From: Haliotis rubra
Taxonomy: Eukaryota
Length of the DNA stretch: 64,000 nt
Direction of reading: 5' to 3'
Assembly (NCBI RefSeq): GCF_003918875.1
Contig: NW_025766962.1
Coordinates: 1,116,001-1,180,000 of the forward strand
The translations under genes were made by a program, and so were the position numbers. Shown here in pieces: positions 22,425 to 35,059 of the stretch (its first letter is position 1; each line of letters begins with the position of its first letter). Below the pieces are notes generated by a model that was not told where the DNA came from, did not search any database, and was given only the letters and a program-made list of their open reading frames with translations.

Positions 22425-24486
22425 CAGGGAATGTGTGAAACCACGGATTTCACGTAATCCCTAAAAGAGTCAGTGATTTCATGAAATCCCTGTTACCCCC
22501 AGGGATTTCATGTATTTCTTAAAATTTCCAGGCATTTCATGAAATTACTGAAATATTAGCTCAGGGATTTCATGAAATCCCTGTAAGCCTTTATTGAAAA
22601 AGAGAACACCAAATTTATAATGCGAGTACAGAGTATATGCGGATAAAATTTATTTGTTTGGACAAGATAGACTGTTATGATACAAGCTATTACACTTCAG
22701 TAGCACTTTAAACATTTACAACGTATAGATTTACATTGGTTAGGATCACAGTTACATTTCTGGAAACCCTGACCACCACAATTCGACTCGAAAATCACAG
22801 CTGCGTGGAGAAACAGTTCTTTGTCCATTGCCACAACATTCGTAGAGTGAAGACGCTGAGGACAAACACGAAATATGTGCTTTGACAAAATACCTTTTCC
22901 TTCTCAATGGCCTAATCTGTTTATGCTTAAACGTCTATTTTGAATAAAGAAAAGCATTTTTTTTTTAAAACCTCGCTAAATTTTTAAATGCTATTTCACA
23001 GTAAAATGTTGAGCCTTTCCGTACGGAATTATGAGAGACACCTGTGCCACAATATACAGAGTATAATATAAGAATATTAAAAAATGCAATGAAAAGGGTA
23101 CAAGTTACATTAAGAAGATATATACAAATTTGTAGTACGCTTTTAAAGAATATTGAGGCAGGTTTGGGCGGATAAAAACGACACACCTGGACAAACTAGA
23201 AATAAAGATTAACTCTTTCAACATACACAGATTGAAAAGACTTGTACATTAGATAAAAGTTACAATCCCTCATCAGCATACAAAAGACAATGCAATAAAA
23301 CATGACACTCATCTTCAATAAAATCTTTACAGTAAAAGCAAATTCTTTCAGTTTCGATTCTAAGCGAAATCGCTAAAAACAACCTCTGTAACTTTTGAAA
23401 CTACAAAAGGAATATTGATACTCAACGTTGATATCCTTATATCAACACCCAACGACAAATTATTAATCATAACAATAAGATGCACTAGCAAGTGTGATGC
23501 CGCGATTTCAACACAATTAGTGCCAGTTAAATTAGGAAGCATCCAGGAAATGTGCCAACAAGATTAGTGCCAGTTGAAATAGGATTAACAGGATTAAGTA
23601 CTTTCCCTGCCTGGTCATTTAAGTTGTTCTTGTAGGACACATCCCATTCTGCATAATCTGTATTTCATTGGTTATTGTAGGTTACACCCATTTTTGTATC
23701 AGTCAACGAATCATAACCTCTTCCTTGTTTCAAATTTAGATATATTGTAACAAACTCCAATTATTTGTCAGTAGGGTTTAGACTCCCAACACAGGTCAGC
23801 TCAAGCCCCCAGCCCAGAGGGTTGTACCGACTCTCTGTGGCCACCCCATGTTATTCCATTCTTGTAAATAAAATTGTGATTAGATTCTTGTGACTTCGGA
23901 CTCTTTGCTGAGTCAATTCCCCTAAGCAGACCAGCACGCGAGTTAGATAAGGGGTTTCACCAGAACCCTCACTTGGACCCAAGACCCTTATCATAATATT
24001 ATAAAAGATAATCTATACAGATGTCATTTGTCAAAGCATCAGCTGGAATATTATCGAAACCCGGTGATTTCCCTCTCTTAGCTTGACATAGTGTCATCAG
24101 TAAATAGTAAAGTTTTCAACTCCTAAGACCTAAGGGATGAAATGAGACTCAACAGTAAAGTCGTAAGTAAATCAACTTGCTACCCCGACTCAAGGTAGTA
24201 ATTAGCCAAAAAGGTCATCGGTAAATTGTCAAAGTTTTCAACTCCTAAGACCTAAGGGATCAAATGAGACTCAACAGTAAAGTTTTAAACTACAAACATT
24301 AATTTCACACATTCACTGATATCCTAACAGGGAATGTGTGTAATGAGACACCATGAAAATCAGTAATTTCATGAAATCCCTTGAAATTTTAGGGAATACA
24401 TGAAATCCCTGGGGGTCACAGTGATTTCACGAAATCACTGAATCTTTTAGGGATTACGTGAAATCCCTGGTTTCACACATTCCCTG
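22425..24486 (-). mobile_element. DNA transposon with ~130-bp internally repetitive TIRs and a KRBA2/SCAND3-like (Ginger-type) integrase C-terminal remnant
   Basis: TIR CAGGGAATGTGTGAAACC...GATTTCATGAAAT at both ends, TA flanks within CA/TA repeats; 22650-22830 (-) encodes GQGFQKCNCDPNQCKSIRCKC..KCNS..HNSLSCPNK*. Confidence 0.75.
24093..24281. repeat. ~68-bp direct repeat pair (period ~121 bp)
   Basis: AAAGTTTTCAACTCCTAAGACCTAAGGGAT.AAATGAGACTCAACAGTAAAG occurs twice. Confidence 0.85.
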
Positions 24487-25180
24487 TAATATATACACAC
24501 ATATACACAGACGCAAGTGTTTACGCGTGACATATACACTATCAAGTACAACAGTATCCCAGTGAGGTATATATTAGCAAGAACATGTGCATCTTAGTGA
24601 ACTATCTATCATCAAAAACCTGTTTATCATTTTCAAGAACATTGATCCTGTTTCCTTACGATGTAGCTTGTTATTGAAACAAAAAGAAGTGTTTTGAAAT
24701 AACCAATCATTGGCGTGCCATTTGACACAGGCCCCAGGTTATGGCGGTAACAAAGACATACAAAATGCTAAATAAAACGAAACAGGTAATCGTTGTTTAT
24801 CACAAAGTTCTTACAGATTACACACACTCGAGATTTGATATATATTACATAATAAGAACACGATCATCATAACAAACTAAAACAGGGTTTAAGGATGATT
24901 TTGAAATCAACTCCTTGTTTGGATGAAAGATTTAAGTTTATCAGTTTGTTTCAACATCTGATAGAAAGGAAAAAGTCGACCAGGGTGTAGGTGTAGTCAA
25001 ATGTTATCTAGGTCAGTCAAAAATGTATGTGATACATTCAGAAACATATTTGGATATAAACTGTTAAGTTTGCTAATAAGCAGTTCTGAAATAAGTTCTG
25101 AAGTTATTTAACAGAGATCTGAGTATAAACATTTAATGTTGTCATTGTTGGCTTGGTTTGAAAATAGTTACAGTTTTGGT

Positions 25181-25453
25181 GACCGCCTACGTGGTGTAGT
25201 GGTTTGAGCGTCCGCCCGGAGAGCGGAAGGTCGCGGGTTCGATCCCCGGCTGCGTCAAACCAAAAGACGTTAAAATATGGTACTTGTTCGTCCCTGCCTG
25301 GTGCTGGGCATGAATGGGTAAAACAAGGATTGGTCGGCCCTGACTCAGTATAATGTGTCTGGGTGGGGTATTCATGCTTAACTGCAGCATGGTATCTCAG
25401 TGAGCTAGCACTAAAAACCCACGACATTAAACCACATTTCATCTCCCTCACCT
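25181..25453 (+). mobile_element. tRNA-derived SINE with Meta/MESC-like core
   Basis: A box TGGTGTAGTGG, B box GGTTCGATCCC; core CAAACCAAAAGAC...CAGTATAATGTGTC...TCAGTGAGCTAGCACTA. Confidence 0.85.
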
Positions 25454-26989
25454 CAGTTTTGTTGAGTGTTAAGTCAAAGACAAAATACTTCGTATTTTAT
25501 GCTTATTTTGTCTCTGTAGTACTGTTCGTGTTCTCGTAGAGGACCAACCAGACCTACATAGTCATTTACTGGCATTGATTCATGAGGTTTGTGGCTTCCA
25601 CCATAGGACAAAATTCATTGCGCAAAAAAATTCAAAAACTTTCAACAATCATTGCACAAGGCTTCATTTTATTTGGATAGCCTTTAAGCTACATAGACTA
25701 TGGACTATAGAATGTTACATATTATTCCCACTAAGTGGGAAACATAACTGACTGATGACTGGTGACTAATTCTTATCTTGGCCTTCAGATGTGATTTTAC
25801 AAATTGTCAAAAGGTTCAAAACTCTTTAATGAAAAACTTAATTTTCTCAAGTGTTATTCAACTATTTGTAACAAATGATGCAAATTACCGATATTGACAT
25901 CTACACGGAGGAAGCATTTTTACATGATAACGTTTGTTTCTTTTATGAAAATGAACCAGAATCATCGATGCATGTTTAAACAGAATGCGACTCATTTTGA
26001 ACATCTCGAGAACACTGTCCTTATAATAGTTTGCCTTTTGAAATTAAGTTTGATGAATTCCAAGTACATTTGGCTCTCAGTGACAAGACTCTAAAGAATA
26101 ATTAATCATAATTATTCGTATAAAAGACATTTTTTTCAAAGAAGTAACCTGATCATTAAGACATATTCGTAATGGGCGCGGTGGGCCAGCTGACTAAGGC
26201 GCCAGTGCTATTAAATCCCAATCAAATTTATTAAATATGGAGGAAAATAAAAGAATTCATGGCTGAAAATAAACTTAATAAAATGTTTACATATTTAGTT
26301 TGGCATGCACTAGGTCTGTATTTGTCCGGTTTTTCTGCACAAATGAGTGTGCTTCAAATGTTGTTTTTAAATAGAACAAACCATAATTCAAGGGAGTTTG
26401 TGACTACGATCCTGATGGAAGGACTGAAAAGCTACATTCCTCTGTATACCAGTGGGGTCTTTTATGACTTTTTTTTGTGTTAGAACATATTCATCAGGTA
26501 TACCCGCGTATTTAACTCATTTATTCACGTTTGAGACGAAATTGGATTATCTACAACGAATTTGTTTTGTACAAAGACTCGTGTTTTCAAACGTAATGCT
26601 TAAGTAATAAGAAAGACTGCATGTATTTGTACTTTACGTATCTAAGTAGCGTAAAATAATTTTCCTTCGAGGTGGGTTTGCAAGTTCCAGGTCATTCAAA
26701 GAATATTTATGCATTCCAGTGCTTAAAGCGTAGTTGATTTGCCTTCTTTAAATTTTGATGTAATGTACCAAGCTTTGTCGCGGGCTGAAGGGTTAGTATG
26801 CATTCTGCTTGGGAACCATTTAGATAACAGTTTAAGTAACATAGTTACCTTAACTCGCTTTGGTTCCTTGTATGGTGACTTATGTGCTGGTAATCTATAG
26901 TCTGTTTCTAAACTGTTTTGCTATGTATAGTTATATCTTCTTAAGGGTACATATAAAGTTTAATACCCTTGTCGACTTTGTCCTATACA

Positions 26990-27272
26990 CTTCTAATGTA
27001 AGTATCCATGGACCCTAGTATGGTGATCTACCTTCAGTTGTTTGTGATCTATAGCCCGTTTTTATTTTGTATTGTCTATAGTGATTTAATTTTATGATAG
27101 CGTACTAGTTTGTATATCTGTGATGCTCTAGTATTTTTACTGCCCTGCAATGACAGTTTTTAACGTTCTACATTTATTGATTTTGATATTGTTCTCTTGT
27201 ATTGACTTGTTCTCGTCACGATATGGCTGAAATATCGCCCATGTGACGTTAAATATCAACTCAGTCACTCAC
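26990..27272 (+). mobile_element. LINE 3' UTR/tail repeat (second copy at 53793-54097, minus strand)
   Basis: CTAGTATGGTGATCTACCTTCAGTTG...ATGGCTGAAATAT..GTGACGTTAAATAT..ACTCAC is shared with 53793-54097 and with the tail fragment at 11836-11895. Confidence 0.75.
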
Positions 27273-28431
27273 TAATATAAGTATCATTGTAAATAACGTG
27301 TTCTTGTAATAAAGTATCCCTGAGGTGACTTAAAACGACTCACTCAGTCACTCCAGTGATCATTTCAAGGTATAAATATTTTGTTTCTACGCATATTTCG
27401 ATTCTTGTTCCAGTATTTGTGTTTGTAATTAAATATGTTAATCTCCATTGATTTTCTTGTGATTTCTTTCTCTTATAACGACACGGAGGCTGAGAAGGAT
27501 TTGGTTTAAAATGACGACATAATTCCTTTTGGAAATTAAATTTAAATTATGTGAAAGGAAAGGGCCTTTGAAATCTGCGTTTGTACTCAAGAACTATTAC
27601 AAAACCTACAGAATTTGTTTTTTTCTAACAAGACGGTTGGGTGCAATATGTACTGAGAGTAACAAATATAGGAACACATGAAAATTCAAGTGTTCCTTTA
27701 ATATTTCCTAGTTTTCATCACCAGCTTTGAATAGCGTTGTGAGAGGAAATCTGAGAACAAATAAAGGAAAACTGCCATGAAGTGGTGTTCCCTTATTTGT
27801 TTCCCTTAGTATATATAAAATTGGAACATCCTCATACATCAGTGCTCAAAGAGCGCAACAGACCATTTTTTTCATTGACTCGTAGTATGATATGAAAACA
27901 AAAATTAAATCTACTGTTTGTTTTTGTTATATAATCCCGCATTTGGCAAAAATACCTGTACGACGACTTCTTGTAAATACTGGAATCTAACGGACCAGAC
28001 AAACCAGTGATCGATCCATTTTGTCTCCTCTCACAACCAGCACAGATTGGTGAGCACTTATTCAGGGCCACTCACGCACGTACACACACACTTACAGGTA
28101 TGTCAATGCTAAGGCGCAGTATTTTTTAAAGCTACGTTAAAATCCATTTCGCCGCTCTTCACTTAATCAATGTGATGCATTTTCGTATGTGTCATTGCCG
28201 AGCTGGGTAAGAACGAGTGCCATCTTTTAACGTCTTTTGGGGATCCAGGTTCGAACCGAACTTCTGCTCTCCTATCAGATCCACTATCCACTAGATCACG
28301 GTCACTTTGCATGTACATATTAATGTTTGTGTTAAAAGACGAGGACAACATACATGCCAAGAAATTTATTTCTGAACCCCTGTATAAAATTAGAAAAAAG
28401 AATTTAAACAATATTCCTGCAAATTTCTGTT

Positions 28432-28603
28432 TTATGAGCACTGATACGTCTTGCACGTGCAGGCTGTTGGCATTAGCATGGTTACCTTGGTGATCCTTTC
28501 ACCGTAGGCCAACCCAGCACAGTACGCCCACACCCCTGTCTGTCTGTAGCTGGCCTCACAACGGCTAATTGTACCATAGCTTGCTTTGGCCGAACACCCA
28601 TGT
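28432..28603 (-). CDS. Spaetzle-like cystine-knot precursor, last exon
   Basis: Acceptor TTTTCAG, phase 2; HGCSAKASYGTISRCEASYRQTGVWAYCAG...MLMPTACTCKTYQCS*. Confidence 0.8.
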
Positions 28604-29102
28604 CTGAAAAATGACAAAATACCTTCAGCTTCTATATACATACAAAAGAAAACACTTGTTTGATTGGTCGGTTTATAAAGAAACTGCTAATTATATAAAT
28701 TATTCAGCTACACTCTATCTGTCTAGATCCTACTGGCTTTGCTATACACTGGTTGGTGTGATCAGTCATCTAAATTTCACATCTTTCTACAATTTCACCA
28801 AAAAGGCCTCTTCCAGATAAACAATATTTCCCTGCGTTCAATAAATGTTAGGGATCTAATTAAGTCAGATCTTTAATTTCAATACAACTCTGTCTACGTT
28901 CTCATCAGACTCCACTTCCAGTTCGTGTTAGGTAAAAAAGTGGAAACCTAGATTTCTCACTAGCTCAACTTGAGTGCCAAATCTCCCTCACTAACTTGGA
29001 ACACACTGATTTTCATACAAAACCATGTCTGTACAAGTATGGCCCTGGAATGTTTAATGCTGCATTTCTTTTATGAATGTGAAGACCAAAGCCAACACCA
29101 AC

Positions 29103-29234
29103 CCGCAGTTGTAGAAGCTGACGTCTTGGTACACGGGGTTGATGACCCAGCAGTAGTTGTTGTAGGAGTAGAAGCGTCTCAAGGTCAGGGACTGTCCTTG
29201 GCAGCCATCAGAGTAGGCTGCTTGACGTTTAAAT
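29103..29234 (-). CDS. Spaetzle-like precursor, exon with RFKR site and start of the cystine knot
   Basis: 132-nt phase 2-2 exon; (R)FKRQAAYSDGCQGQ..YCWVINPVYQDVSFYNCG. Confidence 0.75.
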
Positions 29235-29553
29235 CTGTAATTGTGAACACCCAAGTTGAGACGGAAGGTTGTAGTGTAATATGGATATGAAATATTTACA
29301 CAAGATATTCATGCAAATGAAGTTCGTCGAGACATATGTTGGCCTATGAGACTCTAAAAATCAATTCGCATAAGGTTAGATGAGAATTTCTTACCTCTGT
29401 CGCTGTCTTCCAAACATCTAAAACCTGTATTTGCACACTTAACCATTCATCGGAATAAGCTAAACTGGCATGCACATGTATCTGGAAATGTGCATCATAT
29501 ATATTTGTTCTTTTTTATTATTACTTTCTCGTTAGGAACAAACACAAGCATAC

Positions 29554-29679
29554 CTTTGTCCATGTATGGCCATGTGTGGCTGGAGGTTGTATTTACCCCT
29601 GAATCGACCACCAGTTCCTAAATCAAATATGGCGGCTCTGATCTTTGGTCGTTGCTCAAGTTCGAAGATGATATCATGT
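29554..29679 (-). CDS. Spaetzle-like precursor, prodomain exon
   Basis: 126-nt phase 2-2 exon, TTTTCAG...AG|GTATGC, open frame HDIIFELEQRPKIRAAIFDLG...HGQ. Confidence 0.7.
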
Positions 29680-30044
29680 CTGAAAATTAAGTACAATCAA
29701 TAGCTGCAGCTGGGCATTAACAATCAAGTCTGGAACAGATAATCACTGGATTATCTGGACTGAGACAAAGATGACAAAGAATCAAAATAAAACCATAATG
29801 AACTTCTTTTTAAGCGCAATAACTCTGCAAAGATAACAAGAGAGAAAGGAAAAACTAAGTGAAATATACGAATGCTGTTGAACATTAACATTCTATAGAT
29901 AAATGTGGGTAGTAGTGTGTTCGGCCTCTTCGTGGTATTCCAGCCGAATCAAACTATGGTACCCTAGGTTAACGCGTCACGCACTGGACCCATGTCAGGT
30001 GTATCAGAGCTGCGAAGATGAATACAGCGAGGTGTTTCACTTAC

Positions 30045-30781
30045 TTTGGGTAGCTGTAAGACAAGTGAGAGAACTGATACAGAACATAAGGCTCTGGCTG
30101 GAGGCCGCACTTGAGGATAGCAGCGTTGACAACAGGGGCTGAAACAACAGCGGTCTTTAGACTAGGAGACGTTGTCAGGGCGCTGGATGAAGCGGAGAAC
30201 GGCTCGGGAAAATCTGGATGTGGCATAGCAGGGAAGTCGGGTTTAAGGGAAGCTGCGCTAGGTATAATGTCCTTGACAATACCAGAAGCTGGAGGAGCTT
30301 TGGGAAATGTGGAGGCTGGTAAAACGTCATGGACGATAATGTTTGAGCTTGGGACGACGTCATGAACAACGTTTTCGGAAAATGATTTAGGTATGATGTT
30401 ATGGATGACGTCGTGAACGATAGCATCAGATCCGGATTCAGGTACAACGTCGCGAACAACGTCTACCACATCAGATGATAAACCTGTGACAACATCTACC
30501 ACACCACTATTGCCGGGATCGGGAACAACATCTTTTACAACGCTGTTTGACTGTGGATCGTGGACAATGTGGATACCGTCACCACCATGGACATCGACAG
30601 GGTCTTTAATAAAGTCGCCATTTCCACCTACAGCGGAGTGATCAGGCACAACGTCGATGACATCACCTGGATTCGGTCCAAAATGTCCCAAGTCTCTAGG
30701 ATGAATCTGGGAAGACACGATTCCAACGAGGACAGACACCAGTAGAACGTATGCCTGCAACAGTTTAGGGATAACAATCAT
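30045..30781 (-). CDS. Spaetzle-like precursor, signal peptide and Asp/Val/His/Pro-rich repeat prodomain exon
   Basis: Hydrophobic signal AYVLLVSVLVGIVSS; repeated (V/I)V(H/K/R)D(V/I)(V/I)P units; strong donor AA|GTAAGT at 30045. Start is the ATG at 30781 or an upstream mini-exon via TTGCAG. Confidence 0.7.
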
Positions 30782-31102
30782 GATTTTATTCGAGACATTG
30801 AAATCTTGTAAATTTGCATTTTGTGGAAATATGAGTTGTAAAATTGAGTTAACTTGGTGTGAAATGTTATTGCAGTCATCCACGCCGGTGTTGTCAGTGC
30901 CGGCCACAGGCTCTCTAGACACTGTTACAACTACACCATGGAGGCGATCGTATTGTTGTAATATTCTTCCTATAGGAACAGAAGGTTTGTTACTTTGAAA
31001 ACGCGATCAAATAATACACTATATAATTCAGACTTGTAAAGGTCAAAGACTGTATCACTGTTTTCCCGCCACTACCAAGCTACCACGTCATCTGATCAAA
31101 GC

Positions 31103-31265
31103 GGGGCGGTGGGTAGCCTAATGGTTAAAGCGTTCGCTCGTCACGCTGAAGACCCGGGTTCGATTCCCCACATGTATGGGTACAATGTGTGAAACCCATT
31201 TGTGGTGTCCCCTGCCGTGATATTGCTGGAATGGGGCTAAAAGCGGCGTAAACATGAACTCACTC
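31103..31265 (+). mobile_element. Short tRNA-derived SINE (HaSE1-like)
   Basis: GGTAGCCTAATGG A box, GGTTCGATTCC B box, tail GCGGCGTAAAC..ACTCACTC; flanked by repeated TGATCAAAGCGG (probable TSD). Confidence 0.85.
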
Positions 31266-32585
31266 TGATCAAAGCGGCGTTTTACACATATGTCAGCTGC
31301 ATTTGGTCAAGCATTATCAGTGTTAGAAACGCTATTTAGTAGTGTGGCATTAATAATGCTTTCTCACCTTTTTAACATTGACAAAAACTTTATTTGTCAA
31401 CAGCCTCTAAATGACGCAATACAACTAAACAACACGTCTTCTCCATTATAAGATACATAATTATCCAAAACACGTAAACCAAAATATGAACATTATTTAG
31501 GAACTGGAAGTGGCCACTCATTAAACGGTGGGGTCACCAAAGACATGCATTTGGGACAGGTATAATATTGTAGCGAATCTTCAGTCGTTTATGAAACATT
31601 TAACATAGTTCGTCGTAATTACATACTGCCCTAGGCATATAATTAGGAACGATAATCTAACCTTTGGTCGTTTTCTGATATCTTAAACACGGATTGGGGC
31701 ACTTATCGCTGTAATGCGGGTTAGTTTCCATTAAACCAACGGGTTTATTCTACGATGTTTTAACCCAGGTGGAGGAATAATCAGATGTGTGGTTTATTGT
31801 ATCCACCCTTTAAATACTTATCTGAGAGGTATGACTTACTACATGTCTGTGCGCTTAATATCATTCTGTTAATGAATCTACTCAATGTATTAAACCATTC
31901 ATCAATTTCTGCATGTTGCCCTTCAATAATCATCATCCATCGTTTCACCATGATGTTTACCTTTACCCGTTATTGCTGCTCTGTCACGCATGTATGGGTT
32001 TAGTGGGACATTGCTTGAGACAGAACATTCTTTCAGTTAGCGTTTCGAGAGATACTATGCTATATTTCATTAAAATGATGCGTCAACAGCCTCACATTTT
32101 TACAGATCACCCAAAATGTCCCTGGAAGGATGTTTCTTCAAAACACTTAAGGAGAGCTTTTGCATCCACGGAACAGATATTTGAAGTTAGAAGTCATGAC
32201 CGCCCCTCGTGCCATGACTTGTGGCACGATAATAGCTACACGAAAGAACCCTGCGATTACTAGTAATGCTATTTCACAAAGGGAACATTGAAAATGCTGA
32301 ATGATCATACCATGTGCTTTTCAGTGATCTGTTCGCATATATGTTCACCGGTATTATACATTTCCTGCCCGACAGATTCTGTTTTGGTCGGTATTCTCAG
32401 GTGGACACGTTTTAAATACTTATTAGGTCAATCTTTGCACACATGGAGCTAGTTATTCATAGAAATTCATATGATTATTTAGTAAAAATTATCAATAAAA
32501 TAAGTAGTTTAAAATTATTTTACATGTTTCCGAATGAACAAACTCTCACAAAAATTCTTTGAGAGGCATTTTAGAAGTTCTAAAG

Positions 32586-32732
32586 ATGAAGGAAAACCAG
32601 GTTCTATGGATCGTCAACTTCTTTATTGCAATGAGTGCGACGTTTCGGTGTAGGTACTAACACCATTATCTATACCTACACCGAAACGTCGCACTCGACT
32701 ATGCATAGAAATCAAACTTGGTTTTCCTTCAT
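32586..32732. repeat. Penelope-like inverted terminal (pLTR) hairpin
   Basis: GAGTGCGACGTTTCGGTGTAGGTA / TACCTACACCGAAACGTCGCACTC perfect inverted repeat, plus outer arms ATGAAGGAAAACCA / TGGTTTTCCTTCAT. Confidence 0.6.
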
Positions 32733-32996
32733 ATGACAAAACGTCGCACGCTGTTGCTTCTCAACGCAGATACAGTTTGTCGTGGATCCTTACCAAACTA
32801 AATAAAACAACTAGTTTAACCCAAACCCAACAATGTCTTAGCAAAGTATATCATGTAGCAAAAAATAGATATGTCCTACAGATGTACTAAAAACGGAAAA
32901 CCCTGAAAGAAATTTCACACTACTGGCATTGATTAGTAACAGTGTTTAACTTTTTCCTAGGCAAAGGAACATGTTTAAAAGGTGCGTAACCATTCC

Positions 32997-33300
32997 AAAC
33001 ACTGTTGCGATAATATACGAAGTACGAGTGGAAAGTGTGTTATACAAACGTCACACATCACATTACTTACAAACACTGTTGCGATAATATACGAAGTACG
33101 AGTGGAAAGTATGTTATACAAACGTCACACATCACATTACTTACAAACACTGTTGCGATAATATACGAAGTACGAGTGGAAAGTATGTTATACAAACGTC
33201 ACACATCACATTACTTACAAACATTGTTGCGATCATATACGAAGTACGAGTGGAAAGTGTGTTATACAAACGTCACACATCACATTACTTACAAACATTG
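32997..33300. repeat. 74-bp tandem repeat x4
   Basis: Unit AAACACTGTTGCGATAATATACGAAGTACGAGTGGAAAG...CACATTACTTAC. Confidence 0.95.
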
Positions 33301-34047
33301 TGGTTGTGGGGACACCTCCAGCCCAAGCCTCCACCTGAAACAGCGCGGTTCGGTCAAATGACTGTGGGTCAACGTGAAACTTAACCCACCAGACACCATA
33401 TAACGGTTCATTAGATGTGGGCCAGGAGTGAAATATACAATGATTATACCGCCATCATAAACACCTACGGTCAGCCATGCTCCCCGCAGAGGACATATTC
33501 ACTGCACCATTGCACGACTATAGAGAGTTTTTAAGAGAGCCTTAATCCAAGCTGGACCCAATCTCTGTTTATTGAGTAAATGCTATAATGACTCTTAAAA
33601 AGGGTTTTATTGCTATCACACGGTTCTGATGTCGCGGGTATTTAAATTTATAAATTAGTCTTTGTAGCCTTAATTTGCATATTTTCACACAGTTGCCTTT
33701 CATTATCCATTTAATGCATAATGAATTCTAAACTGTATTGTGATGCTTTTATAAACTAACTGTCTCTAACTATATTGTGTCGAGTTACGAGATGCAACAC
33801 AAAATTTCATTGGTGAATCAGCCTAGTTGTTGAATATGAAGTCTGTGTTACGTCCTATTGATCAATATGAACACCTTGAGTGTATCGTCAATCTGCCCAT
33901 ACCAGAGACCATATAATAGATTATATGGTCCCTGCCCATACCAAGTCACAGTCATGAAACGTATCAGTCAGTGTAGTTTCTTTGTTGTGCTCCAGGTAGG
34001 GATGTCACTGACCTATGGTTGTGGATCCGAATCCAAATCTCGCTCAA

Positions 34048-34200
34048 ATTATACCCCTGCTTTCGGAGTAACGGGGGTATATAACGTTCATTCTGTGAGC
34101 CCTTCCGTCCTTCTATCCGTCCTTCCGTCCCGAAACTTTGTCCGGAGCATGTCTCTCAAAGTTTACGTGTATATAAGGTTTGGTGGAGCCAAGGAGAAAG
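34048..34200 (+). mobile_element. Helentron/DINE-like non-autonomous element 5' end
   Basis: TTATACCCC...GGGGTATA subterminal inverted repeat followed by (CCGT/CCTT)n microsatellite. Confidence 0.55.
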
Positions 34201-34872
34201 TCTTGTGAGCTGATCCCCACATTATATACATTAGTATCATTCATTTCCATGTCCCAAGGTGGGAAGAGAGGGACATCTCAAACCTGCATTAGATCGTCCC
34301 ACATGAAGATAACATACTCTGATGTACCTGGGGAACACTGTTCGAAGCGGCGTCAAATACAACTACATCACTCAATATGAACAGAATGACCCGGACACGC
34401 CATGGTCCCTAGTTAGAAGGTATGAGTCAATTCGCGCACCTGCTACGGAGTATATACTTACTCCTTCACCATGATGGAGTAACAATACATTCCAAGACGC
34501 CGTGTTTCTCAAAATAAAGACATCCATATATTCCATGTTATTCAAATGTTTGTTAGATTGCGTTTACTTATTTAATTGATAGTAGTAATGAATATAATCG
34601 CCCTTCCAAATCTTCGAAGATTTTGTTTTATGGTAAAGCATGTACAATGTGAATGACCCCCCCCCCCCCTAAATTTATGTACAAAATAAGTTTCTCCCTC
34701 CCCATGCATGTCATGTACAAAATCAATGACACTTCCTCCCCTCCCCATATTTTTGTAAGCATAATTTTTAATAATAATTGTGTACAAAACTGCTGACTCC
34801 CCCAGATGACGTGAACAAAATTGATGCCCCCCTACCTCCCCAGAACAAAACATGTGACACCCCCTTAAAATC

Positions 34873-35059
34873 NNNNNNNNNNNNNNNNNNNNNNNNNNNN
34901 NNNNNNNNNNNNNNNNNNNNNNNNNNNNNNNNNNNNNNNNNNNNNNNNNNNNNNNNNNNNNNNNNNNNNNNNNNNNNNNNNNNNNNNNNNNNNNNNNNNN
35001 NNNNNNNNNNNNNNNNNNNNNNNNNNNNNNNNNNNNNNNNNNNNNNNNNNNNNNNNNNN
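34873..35059. other. Assembly gap
   Basis: Run of N. Confidence 1.

Noticed and set aside
23575-24005. Possible solo LTR inside the TIR element
   Set aside because: AATAAA and LTR-like composition, but TG...CA ends with a TSD could not be fixed
25181-25255. tRNA gene (also 31103-31150 and 26173-26208)
   Set aside because: A/B boxes continue into SINE bodies or are truncated; no complete cloverleaf
29395-29424. 30-nt candidate micro-exon in the Spaetzle-like gene
   Set aside because: Good splice signals, but TAG in the required phase 2; the flanking exons join in frame without it (at most a poison exon)
30782-30922. N-terminal 47 codons of the 293-aa ORF
   Set aside because: Non-ATG start upstream of the signal peptide; likely intron or UTR
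32997-33300. CRISPR-like array
   Set aside because: Head-to-tail 74-bp units with no unique spacers; eukaryotic context, no cas genes
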